Source of the DNA: an uncultured bacterium
Lineage (GTDB): Bacteria; Babelota; Babeliae; Babelales; Babelaceae
NCBI GenBank assembly: GCA_963848965.1
Contig: CAWKFG010000001.1
Span: 448,001 to 512,000 of the forward strand
Reading direction: 5' to 3'
Length of the DNA: 64,000 nucleotides
This document shows, one piece after another, positions 28,704 through 39,110 of the stretch; the stretch's first letter is position 1; each line of letters begins with the position of its first letter. Position numbers and translations under genes: made by a program. Below the pieces are notes generated by a model. It saw nothing but the letters and a program-made list of their open reading frames with translations, did no database searches and was not told where the DNA came from.

Positions 28704-29775
28704 CGTTTTTTTGAGAATTACATGTGGTGTTATCATAAGAAAGTAAAGCAGGAGCTGGATTGACTTGCAGCTCGCGACGATACTTTCTATGATGGGTAAG
28801 TTTGTCAGTAAGACATTTCCATGCAAGTTGACAGTACCATGAAGAATAACTGTCGTATATAAGAGGCTTTTTGAGACCTACCATAGTAGGAAAGTGTTCT
28901 GTATCGATAAGCACTACCATAAGCGTTTTTTTCTCAACCATAAAATTGTCTGCATGTGCATCTATACTATTATCTAAATAATGAGCAAGTTGTAGTGCAA
29001 GCTCGCGCTCCTGTTTGTTAAAGATGCTGAGCGTTTTTTCACTTTCAATAGCATCTGCAATAATGCCATAAACTGATGGTAGAATCACTGTTTGCAGTGG
29101 TTTTGTGCCAATATTTTTGCCAGTAAGCTCAAACCAGCGACCATCTGTTGGAGTCCAAAACCATTTACGAGGTGTATCAACTCTGGTAGACCAATAAGGA
29201 CTTCGATCAATCTTTTGCTTAATAAGCTCAAGGTTTCTAATACGAGTAAATCCCGATAGATACCGATTAATACCTCCTCCCATAATGAAGAAGCATGAAG
29301 GAACCCATCCTTCAGAAAAGGGTTTTACGAAGGTTTCGGGAGTTTTGATAAAAAGTTTAAGAACAAAAGGATATTTTTTATATTTAAAGATAGCAGTACC
29401 TGAGACGGTACGCCCATTAAAGTCCTCATTTTTTAGTACCTTAAAATGCGTAAATGTTGTTTTTTTATCGGTAATCTCTTTTACCAGATGCTCTGCAAGC
29501 ATATGCAATCGTTTGCCGGATACTTTTTTGTTTTTGTCGTATCTGTAATAAATGGGCCCTTTTGGTAAGAGATGTTTAAAAAAGTAATCTTTATTAAATT
29601 TCGTAAATAGTGCTTGTTCTTCAAGATGGTAATCACGTAAATGATATGTTTTTGTTTCATCTGTCCAGCGTGTTATAATTTCGGGTATAAGAGGATCTTG
29701 TGGGCGTAAAACACTTCTTTGTGCTTGTAAAACGCTCCCTATTATAAGAAAAAAAAGTAAGGGTAAATACTTCAT
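28696..29775 (-). CDS. Exported hypothetical protein, possible atypical kinase fold
   Basis: Signal peptide; FVLKLF, DAHADN and LIDTE motifs. Confidence 0.6.
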   Translation of the reverse strand: MKYLPLLFFLIIGSVLQAQRSVLRPQDPLIPEIITRWTDETKTYHLRDYHLEEQALFTKFNKDYFFKHLLPKGPIYYRYDKNKKVSGKRLHMLAEHLVKEITDKKTTFTHFKVLKNEDFNGRTVSGTAIFKYKKYPFVLKLFIKTPETFVKPFSEGWVPSCFFIMGGGINRYLSGFTRIRNLELIKQKIDRSPYWSTRVDTPRKWFWTPTDGRWFELTGKNIGTKPLQTVILPSVYGIIADAIESEKTLSIFNKQERELALQLAHYLDNSIDAHADNFMVEKKTLMVVLIDTEHFPTMVGLKKPLIYDSYSSWYCQLAWKCLTDKLTHHRKYRRELQVNPAPALLSYDNTTCNSQKNVI

Positions 29776-29941
29776 AGTGCTCCTTTTTTGCTAGAGTATC
29801 ATGGGTTGCCTTAAGAGAGCAAGAGTGAAATGGGGTTGATTTTTTTTTTATTTGTCTGTTAATATGAGAGCTGAAAAAGGACATGCGGTTATTGTGCATG
29901 AAGTTGAAGGTATAACAGTTTTAAAGGATAGGGTGCTAGTT

Positions 29942-30466
29942 ATGGAGCGAAAAGATGTGTCCCCACGTTATCAAGAAATGCTTAAATGCTTTACTCATTT
30001 ACCACAAAAGATTTTATCTTTGCAGGGTATTGATAACATGACAGAATTTGTTCTTCATACGCTGTGTGATGAAGGATGTCTTAATTTGGTAAAAGCAGCT
30101 TACTTTATTGATAACCCCGATTTTAATTGCTTAAAAGGGGTTGCTGGATTTGATAAATCAGAAGAGTATCATACAAAAAATAACCTATCGGATCACACAT
30201 CTTTTAAAAGCCATCTTTCAAGTTGTGCCTTTAATCAACAAGTGCGAACCATTAATAAACCAAGTTTTAAACGACAAGAACATTCACAAGAAGAAGTAGT
30301 AAAAAGACTTGCTACTGAATTAGGTATGCGTAATCCTCTCTCTTACTCATGGACAATAAAACATGATAATTATGGGTTGCTTCTTTTTGAACGTACTTTT
30401 GAAGAAGAATCTCATGAAGAATTTCTTAATGGACTATCACTTCTTGGCTTTTGCCCTGTATGCTAA
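29942..30466 (+). CDS. Hypothetical protein (possibly GAF-like)
   Basis: Open frame 29852-30466; start uncertain; AAYFIDNPDFNCLKGVAG segment. Confidence 0.65.
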   Translation: MERKDVSPRYQEMLKCFTHLPQKILSLQGIDNMTEFVLHTLCDEGCLNLVKAAYFIDNPDFNCLKGVAGFDKSEEYHTKNNLSDHTSFKSHLSSCAFNQQVRTINKPSFKRQEHSQEEVVKRLATELGMRNPLSYSWTIKHDNYGLLLFERTFEEESHEEFLNGLSLLGFCPVC

Positions 30467-30711
30467 AAGTTAAGGCAAGGGCTCTTTTAAATATAATTCT
30501 ATACACGTAAAAGCTCATTGCTCAAGCCATTTTATAAGGTAAGACAATGAGCTTCATTACACTCCGAGTTTCAAACTGTTTTCTATCATGTATCGAGACT
30601 TTTGTTCTGTCTATCAAAGTTCTTTTCAGAACATAGGTAACAGACCATTAATTTTATTGCAATTAGAAATAAAAATTTGGTATGCTCAAAAATGAAGAGA
30701 AGGAGAGTGTA

Positions 30712-30834
30712 ATGAAGCAGAAGAAGAAGTCAAATTTTAAGCCTAAAAAGGTAAAAATAGTAAAGGTAAATAAAGCACAAGAGCCAACGATTCCTCGGGG
30801 AGAAAGATTTGGCAAGCGTTGGTTACCGTACTAA
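30712..30834 (+). CDS. Small basic 40-aa protein (unannotated)
   Basis: AAGGAG RBS, TTGCAA-18-TATGCT promoter-like sequence, MKQKKKSNFKPKKVKIVKVNKAQEPTIPRGERFGKRWLPY. Confidence 0.55.
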   Translation: MKQKKKSNFKPKKVKIVKVNKAQEPTIPRGERFGKRWLPY

Positions 30835-32000
30835 GATTGGAGAGCAAGAAGCCCTGGCAATTCTTTATGGCTTAAATATGCAAGTAAAGAACCTCCTCCA
30901 CTGGAGCAAAAACTTATGTCCTGTTCAAGGCCATAATGATATACTGCTGCAACCGACTCCCCCCCGCCAATCATACTATATGCAGTAGATTGTGCGATGG
31001 TTCGCAGCAGTATATGCATACTCTCAAGACTTACTGGTTGCTCTTCAATTCCCATACTCCCATTAAGAACAATGGTTCTTGCATGAGATATCTCTTGCGC
31101 GTAAAGTTCTAGCGTTTTTGGCCCTACACTGAGTCCAATACCATTTTCTGGAATAGCATCTGCAGCGACAATTTCTGTTGATCCTCCAAGAGTATTATGC
31201 GCTATAAGATAATCGAGAGGAAACAATAGTTTCACATGCAGTCTTTCTGCTTCTTTCATAATAGTATCTGCTTGTGTGATAAGAGAATCTTCAACAAGAG
31301 ATTGTCCTACAGGATAGCCTTGTGCTTTTAAAAAGGTAAATGACAGAGCGGGTCCTACTGCTAGTGTGTCAACAAAAGAAAGTAGTTCTTCTATAAGAGG
31401 AAGTTTATCTTTAACTTTGCCTCCTGCTAAAAATACAAGAAAGGGCTTGTGTCGATGTGTACGCAAATGCTCAAGGACAGAAAGCTCTTTTTCTACTAAA
31501 AGACCAATAGTTTTTCTCGTGCTTGGATAAAGTTGTGGTAATACTGTAATAGAGGTATCATTTCTGTGTAATAATCCAAAGGCATCATTTATATAATAGT
31601 CTGCTAAGCTAGCAAGGTCCTGTGCAAATGCATTTGTTGGTTGTTTTTCATGCGGCGAAAAGCGTAAATTCTCGAGCATAAGAAGTTCTCCAGGTTTGAG
31701 CTTTTGTGCGTAGCGCGCTGCTTCTTCTAATGTTGCAGCAAAAAAAACTGTATAAGCATGATCTTTAAACCATGGTATAAGATGTGCAGTAGAAAATCGC
31801 TCATCATAGCCAGTCGGACGATCTATATGAGTGCCAATAATAATACGAGCACCTTCGGCAATTAAAAGATCAAGCGTCGGTTGTACTGCTTTAAGACGAA
31901 AGTCATCTTCTATTCTGCCATTTTCTACAGGAACATTTAAATCTGCTCGTACAAACACGCGCTCGTTCTGAACAAACAGCAATGGAAGTTGAGAGTGCAT
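30831..32000 (-). CDS. pgk: Phosphoglycerate kinase
   Basis: VRADLNVP, LENLRF, YINDAFG..HR, GGKVKDKL, GGGES, SSGGG. Confidence 0.95.
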   Translation of the reverse strand: MHSQLPLLFVQNERVFVRADLNVPVENGRIEDDFRLKAVQPTLDLLIAEGARIIIGTHIDRPTGYDERFSTAHLIPWFKDHAYTVFFAATLEEAARYAQKLKPGELLMLENLRFSPHEKQPTNAFAQDLASLADYYINDAFGLLHRNDTSITVLPQLYPSTRKTIGLLVEKELSVLEHLRTHRHKPFLVFLAGGKVKDKLPLIEELLSFVDTLAVGPALSFTFLKAQGYPVGQSLVEDSLITQADTIMKEAERLHVKLLFPLDYLIAHNTLGGSTEIVAADAIPENGIGLSVGPKTLELYAQEISHARTIVLNGSMGIEEQPVSLESMHILLRTIAQSTAYSMIGGGESVAAVYHYGLEQDISFCSSGGGSLLAYLSHKELPGLLALQS

Positions 32001-32025
32001 AGGGTACCTCAAGAACTAATTTTTC

Positions 32026-33252
32026 TTAAGCTAACCCATTTTTAAGGACATGAGCAATAGTAATATGCTTAATTTTGTAAGCAGGCAGTAACGTTGCTAA
32101 AAAGCTCAGAATAACTGTTATACCAAGCACCAAAGCTATCATAGAAGTATCTATATAGATAGGTAAATGTGGTACATAGTAAATGTCAGGCAGCTGAATA
32201 AGTGGATAATTGCGTAAAAACCAACTAGCACCCAGAGCAAACAAAATGCCACAGGCAGATGCAGTTAGTGTAATGCAAAGGCCAACTATAACGAATATGC
32301 TCATAAGTGCTCTGTCTGCAATGCCCATACTTTTTAAAAGAGCAATATCTCCTTGTTTTTGAGTTACAAACATAAAAAGAAGAGAGACAATGTTCATGCT
32401 TGCTACTAATACTACTAGTGCAAGAATGATAAATAAGGCATATTTCTCAAGAGCAAGCGCAGATACGAGGGCAGGATAAAGATCTTTCCATGACGAAACT
32501 TCAAGAGGAAACCGCTGCCTAAGGAGCATAAGTGCTTTTTTCTCATCTGTGCTTGAAGAGAGTTTCACATTTACTTGCGAAATTCCTTGGGAAAATAATT
32601 CTGTAAAAAATGAGAGTGAACTTAAAATAACATATTCATCAAACTCATTAATACCAGTTTTAAAGAGAGCTGCAATACGAGCTTCTTGACTGTGAAGTGT
32701 TATTTTATTAGTAAGTATGTCGTCACCATATAAGAGTGTAAGAGAGTCTCCTACAGTAACGCCAAGTTGCTGAGCAAGCTTTTCTCCTATAAAGACACCT
32801 CTGTCTTGCAAAAGTATATCCCATGTTGAAGATGAGGTTGTTATCATGCTTTTAAGGGCACTTACCTGCGGTTCTAATACAGGATCTATGCCTTTAAGAA
32901 CACAGAGAGTGCTATTGTCTTTGTTTCCTTGAATAATTACTTGGGAAAGAGCGATAGGGCTTATACATGCTACGGGACCTTGAAATTCCGTATCGATAAC
33001 TTCTTTGAGTTTCTTAAAATCAATTGATTTTCCATGAGCAGTTATTATAACATCAGCATGAATACCTTTTAGTTTCTCATGAGTGGCATGCTCATAACCA
33101 TTCATGATTGCAGCAACAAGAGTAAGCGCAAAAGTGCTTAAAAGGATGCTTATAAAGCAGATTTTGATCATCACAGAAATGCTTTTTTCATCTTTTGAGC
33201 TTTTTAAAAAGCGCCAAGCAAGAAGTAAACTAATAGGCATATTTTTTCTCAC
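32026..33252 (-). CDS. LolC/LolE-type lipoprotein-releasing ABC transporter permease
   Basis: IMNGYE, periplasmic domain, SWKDLY..L..AL.LEK, LVASMNI, DIALLKSMG, IYYVPHLP. Confidence 0.85.
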   Translation of the reverse strand: MRKNMPISLLLAWRFLKSSKDEKSISVMIKICFISILLSTFALTLVAAIMNGYEHATHEKLKGIHADVIITAHGKSIDFKKLKEVIDTEFQGPVACISPIALSQVIIQGNKDNSTLCVLKGIDPVLEPQVSALKSMITTSSSTWDILLQDRGVFIGEKLAQQLGVTVGDSLTLLYGDDILTNKITLHSQEARIAALFKTGINEFDEYVILSSLSFFTELFSQGISQVNVKLSSSTDEKKALMLLRQRFPLEVSSWKDLYPALVSALALEKYALFIILALVVLVASMNIVSLLFMFVTQKQGDIALLKSMGIADRALMSIFVIVGLCITLTASACGILFALGASWFLRNYPLIQLPDIYYVPHLPIYIDTSMIALVLGITVILSFLATLLPAYKIKHITIAHVLKNGLA

Positions 33253-33308
33253 GCAATAGAGGATTTTAAATCAGTGTACTATAAAAAACAGATGAGAAAA
33301 AGGACGGT

Positions 33309-33776
33309 ATGGATATACGTATAGCTATCGGAGCAGATCACCGAGGATTTTTATTAAAAAGTTACCTTGTCTTGCAAAAGAAGATAGGTCCATTTTCTAT
33401 TGCTTGGGATGACGTAGGAACGTTTACTGAAGAACGAACAGATTACCCTCTTTTTTCACGTAAAGTAGTGCAACTTATACAGGATGGGTGGGTAGATCTT
33501 GGCATTATGGCATGTGGTAGTGGTATTGGTATGGCTATTGCAGCTAATCGCTTTCGTGGTATTTATGCAGGCCTTGTATGGAATGAAGAGGTTGCTCGTC
33601 AAGCTCGTCAAGATGATAATGTTAATGTTCTTGTACTACCTGCAGATTTTATCTCTTTAGAAGAAGGATATGCTATAGTACTTGCATGGCTTTCAAGCGA
33701 CTTTAAAGGTGGTCATTATCAAGAACGGCTTACACAACTTGATGATTTACAAAGAGAATCATGCTTATCACTGTGA
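33309..33776 (+). CDS. rpiB: Ribose-5-phosphate isomerase B
   Basis: IGADHRG, DYP, CGSGIGMAIAANR, F.GG....R. Confidence 0.93.
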   Translation: MDIRIAIGADHRGFLLKSYLVLQKKIGPFSIAWDDVGTFTEERTDYPLFSRKVVQLIQDGWVDLGIMACGSGIGMAIAANRFRGIYAGLVWNEEVARQARQDDNVNVLVLPADFISLEEGYAIVLAWLSSDFKGGHYQERLTQLDDLQRESCLSL

Positions 33777-33787
33777 TAACACTCTAT

Positions 33788-33818
33788 AAAAAAAGAGGGA
33801 AGCTTTTGCTTCCCTCTT
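33788..33818. terminator. Terminator between convergent rpiB and FtsH-like gene
   Basis: AAGAGGGAAGC-TTTT-GCTTCCCTCTT preceded by an A-run. Confidence 0.75.
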
Positions 33819-33826
33819 CTAGTAGT

Positions 33827-36430
33827 TTATCCAAGTAATTCTTGCATTTCTGAGGCGGTGATAACAAGTTTATCTTCAAGCTGTTGTGCTACAAGCTTAA
33901 GCTGATCTTTATGCTCTTCAAGAAGAGCAGCAGCTTTTTCTGTAAGCTGTTCAACATGTTGTTCAATTGTTATCTTTTTACGTTCACGAAGTTCTTTAGA
34001 AAATGCTTTCTCAGTAAGGCCTTCAAAAGCTATTTTATTAAGTTCTGTAATGACCACCTGTTTTGATGGTCTGCTCAGAGCTGGCGCTACAGAATTTAAC
34101 AGAATACGTTGTGCTTGAGCTCCTGCAAGCTCGATGATACACAATTTTTCTATATCTTTTTCTGTTGCATACGTTGCAAATGAAGGATCTTCATAACTAA
34201 TAAGAGCACCTTGGAAAGTTCCTTTTTTTCTATCTACTGGTAAGATAGTTGCTTTTAAGAGCTTTGTTTGTGGTGCAAGTAACAAATGTGCAAGTGCTTT
34301 ACCTGCATAATGAGCAGCTAATATATGTTTTTCTGTAACATTTTGTATCTGTTCTTGAGTACGAATACGATGTATGAGTTCGTTAATACTTTGCTCAATG
34401 TGAACCGGCTTTACTACTTCGCGGTTGGTATGGGCAGTATTTAACGCTCTATTGATAAGAGACCGCAACTGTGTATAGGTGCATCCCTCTGTCTCTTGAG
34501 CGATACTAGCAGTGTTAAATTGAGAGCGCTTAATGCACCGCTCATGAAGTTCTTTATCTATAAAGAGCTCACGATCTTCGAGTGTTGGCTTCTCGCATAC
34601 AATAACGGAGCCAAGGCGATCTGCGCTTTCTAGTACTCTGTCGATACTACGTCTTTCCTGGGCTGTTGCCACTACAAACACATCTTTTTTGCTTTTTGCA
34701 AGACCACTAAAAGCATTCTTTATTTTGTTCCACACTGTGGCATCAACACCATCTTGTTTGCAAAGCCAATCAAGTTCATGCACTAATACAACGCATGGTG
34801 CTACTTTTTCTGCGTCCTTGAGTATGTCTTTAAGGTCTTTTGTAAGAAGATCTGCAGCTGCTACATCATACACTTTACAAACTGTTCGTTTATTCTGTGC
34901 TTTAAAGGTATCGGAAACGTCTTTTGCTACTGCGTGAACTAAATCGCGTGCAGTATCAAGAGGCCCTACTATCACATAGCCACGTCCAAGAAGAGTACCT
35001 GATCGGTCAATCATCTCTTTTTCTTTAAAGTAGGTAGCTATTTTTGAAAGGTGTTTTTTAGCATCTTCATTACCGGTAATAGGAAAGATAACTTTTGCTT
35101 CTTTTGCAGGAGAACCATCATCAAAGGATTCGCCTTTAAGATAGGCAAACGTTCTACGTGTTTGCTTTGAACCCCATCCTCCAAGATTCACAAGGTCTTC
35201 TTTCACTCGTGGCCAAAAGAGACTTGCGATGCTTAAAGTCAGAAGTGGTGTTTCGGTTTCAAATTTAATAAGGTTCCCTAAATGGAATGCTATAGAACCT
35301 ATAATACCGCCCTTATTTTCATAGGCATCTGCTGTTGATGATTTAAATGAAGCTGCCATATTATCCATTTTTTTGCTGAGCGTCTCAAATTTATCATTGA
35401 GATCTTTAACGGTTGGCTCAGCTTTAGGAGCTGCTGCCTCTGGTTGTTTAGGCTCTGCTTTTGGTACTTCTTGAGCAGGTACTGATTCTGCGGGTTTTGC
35501 TGTTTCTTTGGTAGCTGCTGGAATAGTTACTTTTGGTTCAGATTCTGCAGGTTTTGCTGTTTCTTTTGCTGACTCTGTAGGAGCTGTGCTTGGTTTATCT
35601 GGCGCTTTATCTTTTTTAATCGCATCTTTAGCAGCTTCGTTTGAGGCAATATGACCTGAGGTATCTTGTTTTTTCTTTGGTCGTGAACCGATAAATGCTT
35701 TAAGCTTATCAAGCCATGGCATCTTGAGTGTTTTAAGGGTATCTTCATGAAGTAAATAGAGGGCATACGTGCCTACAGCAGCATAAGGTAAAGCTCGTTT
35801 TGCAGCATCAAACATATGCCATTGAGTACCTGCTGTATCTATATCTTTTGCTACTCGATTAACAGATGTTATTCCTATATCTTTTATATATGAGTGTAAG
35901 GTATCAAGTTGTACTTGGCAGCTATCAAGCTCTGCTTGAAGAATTTCACCGTTAACAGGCAAAGAGCTGCGCACATGGCGTACTGCATCTAGTTCATTAA
36001 ATTCGCTCGTTTCCTTAAATTCTTTCAGAACAAGCTCATTTGTTCGAGCAATAAGTGCTTTATCAAGCTCTACAAGAGAGCGTACATTTACTGGTGTTTG
36101 GCCAATTGATTTCGTTTTATGGTCGAGGCTTCTTTCTATAAGCTCACGTAAATAAAGAATTTGTTCTCGTGCTGCTTTCTTATCAGTAACTTTTGCAGCT
36201 CCTGAATAAACCACTTGTCCTAATTCTTCAAGTGCAAAATCGAGTTCTAATAATTGTTGGCGTGTCTTTGTAAGAAGCTCTCTGTTATCTTGAAAATTTT
36301 CAGTAAGTTCATCAAATGATTCTTGATGATCCGTTGCTAGCAAGGAAGAGAATCCTGCAGTGCTTAACAAGAGAGTAAGTGCAAACTTTTTGGAAGATTG
36401 TAAGGGTATCATACCTCGACCTTTCGTCAA
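33827..36430 (-). CDS. FtsH-like AAA+/M41-fold protein, degenerate in both ATPase and protease motifs
   Basis: Walker A replaced by GPLDTARD, Walker B LVHELD, A.ETEGCT lid, AAHYAGKAL in place of HEAGH, LAG..A..IL. Confidence 0.75.
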   Translation of the reverse strand: MTKGRGMIPLQSSKKFALTLLLSTAGFSSLLATDHQESFDELTENFQDNRELLTKTRQQLLELDFALEELGQVVYSGAAKVTDKKAAREQILYLRELIERSLDHKTKSIGQTPVNVRSLVELDKALIARTNELVLKEFKETSEFNELDAVRHVRSSLPVNGEILQAELDSCQVQLDTLHSYIKDIGITSVNRVAKDIDTAGTQWHMFDAAKRALPYAAVGTYALYLLHEDTLKTLKMPWLDKLKAFIGSRPKKKQDTSGHIASNEAAKDAIKKDKAPDKPSTAPTESAKETAKPAESEPKVTIPAATKETAKPAESVPAQEVPKAEPKQPEAAAPKAEPTVKDLNDKFETLSKKMDNMAASFKSSTADAYENKGGIIGSIAFHLGNLIKFETETPLLTLSIASLFWPRVKEDLVNLGGWGSKQTRRTFAYLKGESFDDGSPAKEAKVIFPITGNEDAKKHLSKIATYFKEKEMIDRSGTLLGRGYVIVGPLDTARDLVHAVAKDVSDTFKAQNKRTVCKVYDVAAADLLTKDLKDILKDAEKVAPCVVLVHELDWLCKQDGVDATVWNKIKNAFSGLAKSKKDVFVVATAQERRSIDRVLESADRLGSVIVCEKPTLEDRELFIDKELHERCIKRSQFNTASIAQETEGCTYTQLRSLINRALNTAHTNREVVKPVHIEQSINELIHRIRTQEQIQNVTEKHILAAHYAGKALAHLLLAPQTKLLKATILPVDRKKGTFQGALISYEDPSFATYATEKDIEKLCIIELAGAQAQRILLNSVAPALSRPSKQVVITELNKIAFEGLTEKAFSKELRERKKITIEQHVEQLTEKAAALLEEHKDQLKLVAQQLEDKLVITASEMQELLG

Positions 36431-36492
36431 TCAATCGGTTTTTCTACTGTATTTTAGTATACAGGAGCTTGAAGCCCCTGTATACTTCTAGA

Positions 36493-38949
36493 TCACTTAC
36501 GGTATTCTTGAACAAGTGCTTGCAACTCTGAAGCACGAAGATTTGTGTGTGTCTCTAGTTCTTGTGCTATTTTTTCAAGAAGCACTTTTTGTTGTGTAAG
36601 AAGTTCTCGTACTTCTTGTTCATACCGCTTTACAAGTTTATAGGCTTCTTGATGAAGCTCTTTTTGTACCGATTTTGGAAGGTCTTTTTCAAGCATTCCA
36701 TCAAAAGCAATCTCTTTTGCATATTTAAGCGCTTTTTGTTTGTCTTGAGGATGATAACTATACCCTGTTGATCCAAGGAGTATCTCTTCTGCAATCGATC
36801 CAGCAAGTGCAACTTTGCAGAGCATCTCCTTATGAGTCTTTGTTTCTACATTAAGAACTTCTGCATCATTATAGGTAAAGAGTTTACCATATTTGCTTTG
36901 CTCTTGTTTATACAGTAAGTGCTGCGATTTTTCCCAATAACGTATCTCTTTAATAGTATTCCAGCGTCCTCTAATAGTAACAAGTTCAACTTTTTCAGGA
37001 ATATCAAGAAGTACATGTAATAAAGCATGACCTGCTAAGTGAGCAGAGATAAGTTTTCTCTCTTCTATGCTTAATGGAAGAGCATTTTTGAGTCTATAAA
37101 CGTGTTGATCAATACGATTTTGTAAGTGCTCTTGTGATACTGAGCGAGCAAGTGTACGAGCAACAAAGCGAGCGTTCTTTACAATGGTTTCAAGATCACC
37201 ATACGAACATCCCTGTGTTTGACGTGCTAGGGCATCAATATCTAGAGAGCTTGTATCGATAACATTATATTTAAATATAATGTCAAAGTATTTTTTACGA
37301 TTATGATAGTTTGGTTTCTCAAATCGTATAATGGTACCAAAACGACCAGGTTGTAAAAGAGCCGTATCAAGCTTTTCTGGTTGATTTGTTGCTCCAAGTA
37401 ATATTACTTGGTGGCGTGCATCATTTTCACTGTTGATACCGCTCATACCAGTAAGGAACTGCGTAAGAACATTTCCTCCCTCTTTGGTTTGCAAAGGAAG
37501 ATTATGAATCTCATCTATAAAGACAACGCAAGGAGCATTAAATTTAGCTTCATCAATGACGCTTTTAAGCCCTTCGCTATCCCACACAATTTCACTCCAT
37601 TTTACTTCTTTAAAGCCATATTTAGTTCCTATGCCTTTGGCTTCTAATGCATCATTAATGGTATCTCGTAATGCTCGTGCTAAAAATGTTTTTCCGCACC
37701 GAGAAGGACCTACTAAAAGAATTCCCTTTTCTAAACTTGTATTAGTACGATCATACATCTCTGGATCGGTAACATAGCGTACAAGATTACGAAGTTCATC
37801 AATTTGACCATCAAGCCCAACAAGGCGTGGATCATCGAGGGTAATATGATCGTGAGAAGTAGAATCTCTCTGTTCTACTTCGTAACCTTTAAGTTTATTC
37901 CACTGATTTCTTAAGGTTTGCTTTGTTGCCATATAACCAGGTATAGATTCTTTCTTAAGAAGTAAAAGGGGTACTCCTACTTCTAAAATTGTTTTGAGTA
38001 ATTTTCGGTTATTTTCTACAAGCTTAACACCTTTGCTGTACCATCCTGTACGAGATTTATCTCGGTTAATTTGTGTATTAAGCTCAACTTCATCAAGATT
38101 GAGCCGGTCCATTCGCTCTTTAAATACTTGTTCGCCTACGTTCACTTTGTTATCGTTGAGTGCATCTTTCTTTGCTTTTATATCATCTAAGCGTTCTTTC
38201 GCAGATAGTGGGCTATTATCTGTCCAATGATCTCCTAGCCACTTTTTTACTGTTTTTATAACAGGAATATCTTTTAACCAATCTTTTGGAGTGAAGTAGA
38301 GAGCTCCTCCTGCAAGAGCAGTAACAAGTGGGATGTTTTCTACAATTGTTGTAATATGGTATTTATTATTAATGTCATCGAGTTTACGAGCGAATCGATT
38401 GAGGTCTGTGAGTCCTGCATCTTTTGCTCGTGCTCGCAATTCTGTTATAACTTGGTTATTACTTTGAGAAAACGCGTTTAGAGCATCTAATGATGGTGTT
38501 GTTGATGGCTCTTTTGTCACAGGAGGGATATCAAAATGAATGAGTGTTTCAGGTTTAAATTTTTCGTTAATTGTTTCGGTGATATGTATTGCAAGGAACT
38601 TAACGGTGACGAGTCCGTGTCTTAAAGAGACTTCAGTAGGGGGTTCAGTAGTACACTGTGTCTGAAGACCACTTACTAATTTCTGGTGCTGCCGAATCCA
38701 ATCGCGAGTGTTTTCAATATTACTTACTTTGATAGAACCTTTGTTAAGAGCCTGTCCAAGATACTGTAATGTAGAGTTAATTTCTTCAAGGTGTAAAAGC
38801 TCTTTTTCTAATATACTATTAAGTTTTGTAGCTCGTTGAATTTCTTCTAATTGAGGTTCTGATGAAGGAGCGTCTGGTGAGGTAGCTATAAGTGGAGATG
38901 CTAGGCTCCATACCATAAGTGGGGTGAAAAAGCGCAATCGAAATTTCAT
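36493..38949 (-). CDS. FtsH-like AAA+ ATPase with inactive M41 domain
   Basis: KGILLVGPSRCGKTFLARA, APCVVFIDEI, GATN.PEKLD.ALLQPGRF, SAHLAGHAL (catalytic Glu lost), LAGSIAEE. Confidence 0.85.
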   Translation of the reverse strand: MKFRLRFFTPLMVWSLASPLIATSPDAPSSEPQLEEIQRATKLNSILEKELLHLEEINSTLQYLGQALNKGSIKVSNIENTRDWIRQHQKLVSGLQTQCTTEPPTEVSLRHGLVTVKFLAIHITETINEKFKPETLIHFDIPPVTKEPSTTPSLDALNAFSQSNNQVITELRARAKDAGLTDLNRFARKLDDINNKYHITTIVENIPLVTALAGGALYFTPKDWLKDIPVIKTVKKWLGDHWTDNSPLSAKERLDDIKAKKDALNDNKVNVGEQVFKERMDRLNLDEVELNTQINRDKSRTGWYSKGVKLVENNRKLLKTILEVGVPLLLLKKESIPGYMATKQTLRNQWNKLKGYEVEQRDSTSHDHITLDDPRLVGLDGQIDELRNLVRYVTDPEMYDRTNTSLEKGILLVGPSRCGKTFLARALRDTINDALEAKGIGTKYGFKEVKWSEIVWDSEGLKSVIDEAKFNAPCVVFIDEIHNLPLQTKEGGNVLTQFLTGMSGINSENDARHQVILLGATNQPEKLDTALLQPGRFGTIIRFEKPNYHNRKKYFDIIFKYNVIDTSSLDIDALARQTQGCSYGDLETIVKNARFVARTLARSVSQEHLQNRIDQHVYRLKNALPLSIEERKLISAHLAGHALLHVLLDIPEKVELVTIRGRWNTIKEIRYWEKSQHLLYKQEQSKYGKLFTYNDAEVLNVETKTHKEMLCKVALAGSIAEEILLGSTGYSYHPQDKQKALKYAKEIAFDGMLEKDLPKSVQKELHQEAYKLVKRYEQEVRELLTQQKVLLEKIAQELETHTNLRASELQALVQEYRK

Positions 38950-39110
38950 AAATTTTTACCTTTCTCTAAAACCTATAGTATACTAAAATGTATGATAGTT
39001 TATATTTTTAGTGTAGAATGGACTAGTCGTTTCGTCAAAAGGTTCACAAAAGTGCGTTTTTCTTTGTATGCTGAAGAGCATATCTACACTGTGGTAAAAA
39101 TGAGGTATTT

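Noticed and set aside
35400..35620. Pro/Ala/Glu/Lys repeats (KETAKPAES x2) as a mobile repeat
   Set aside because: In-frame low-complexity linker within the FtsH-like gene.
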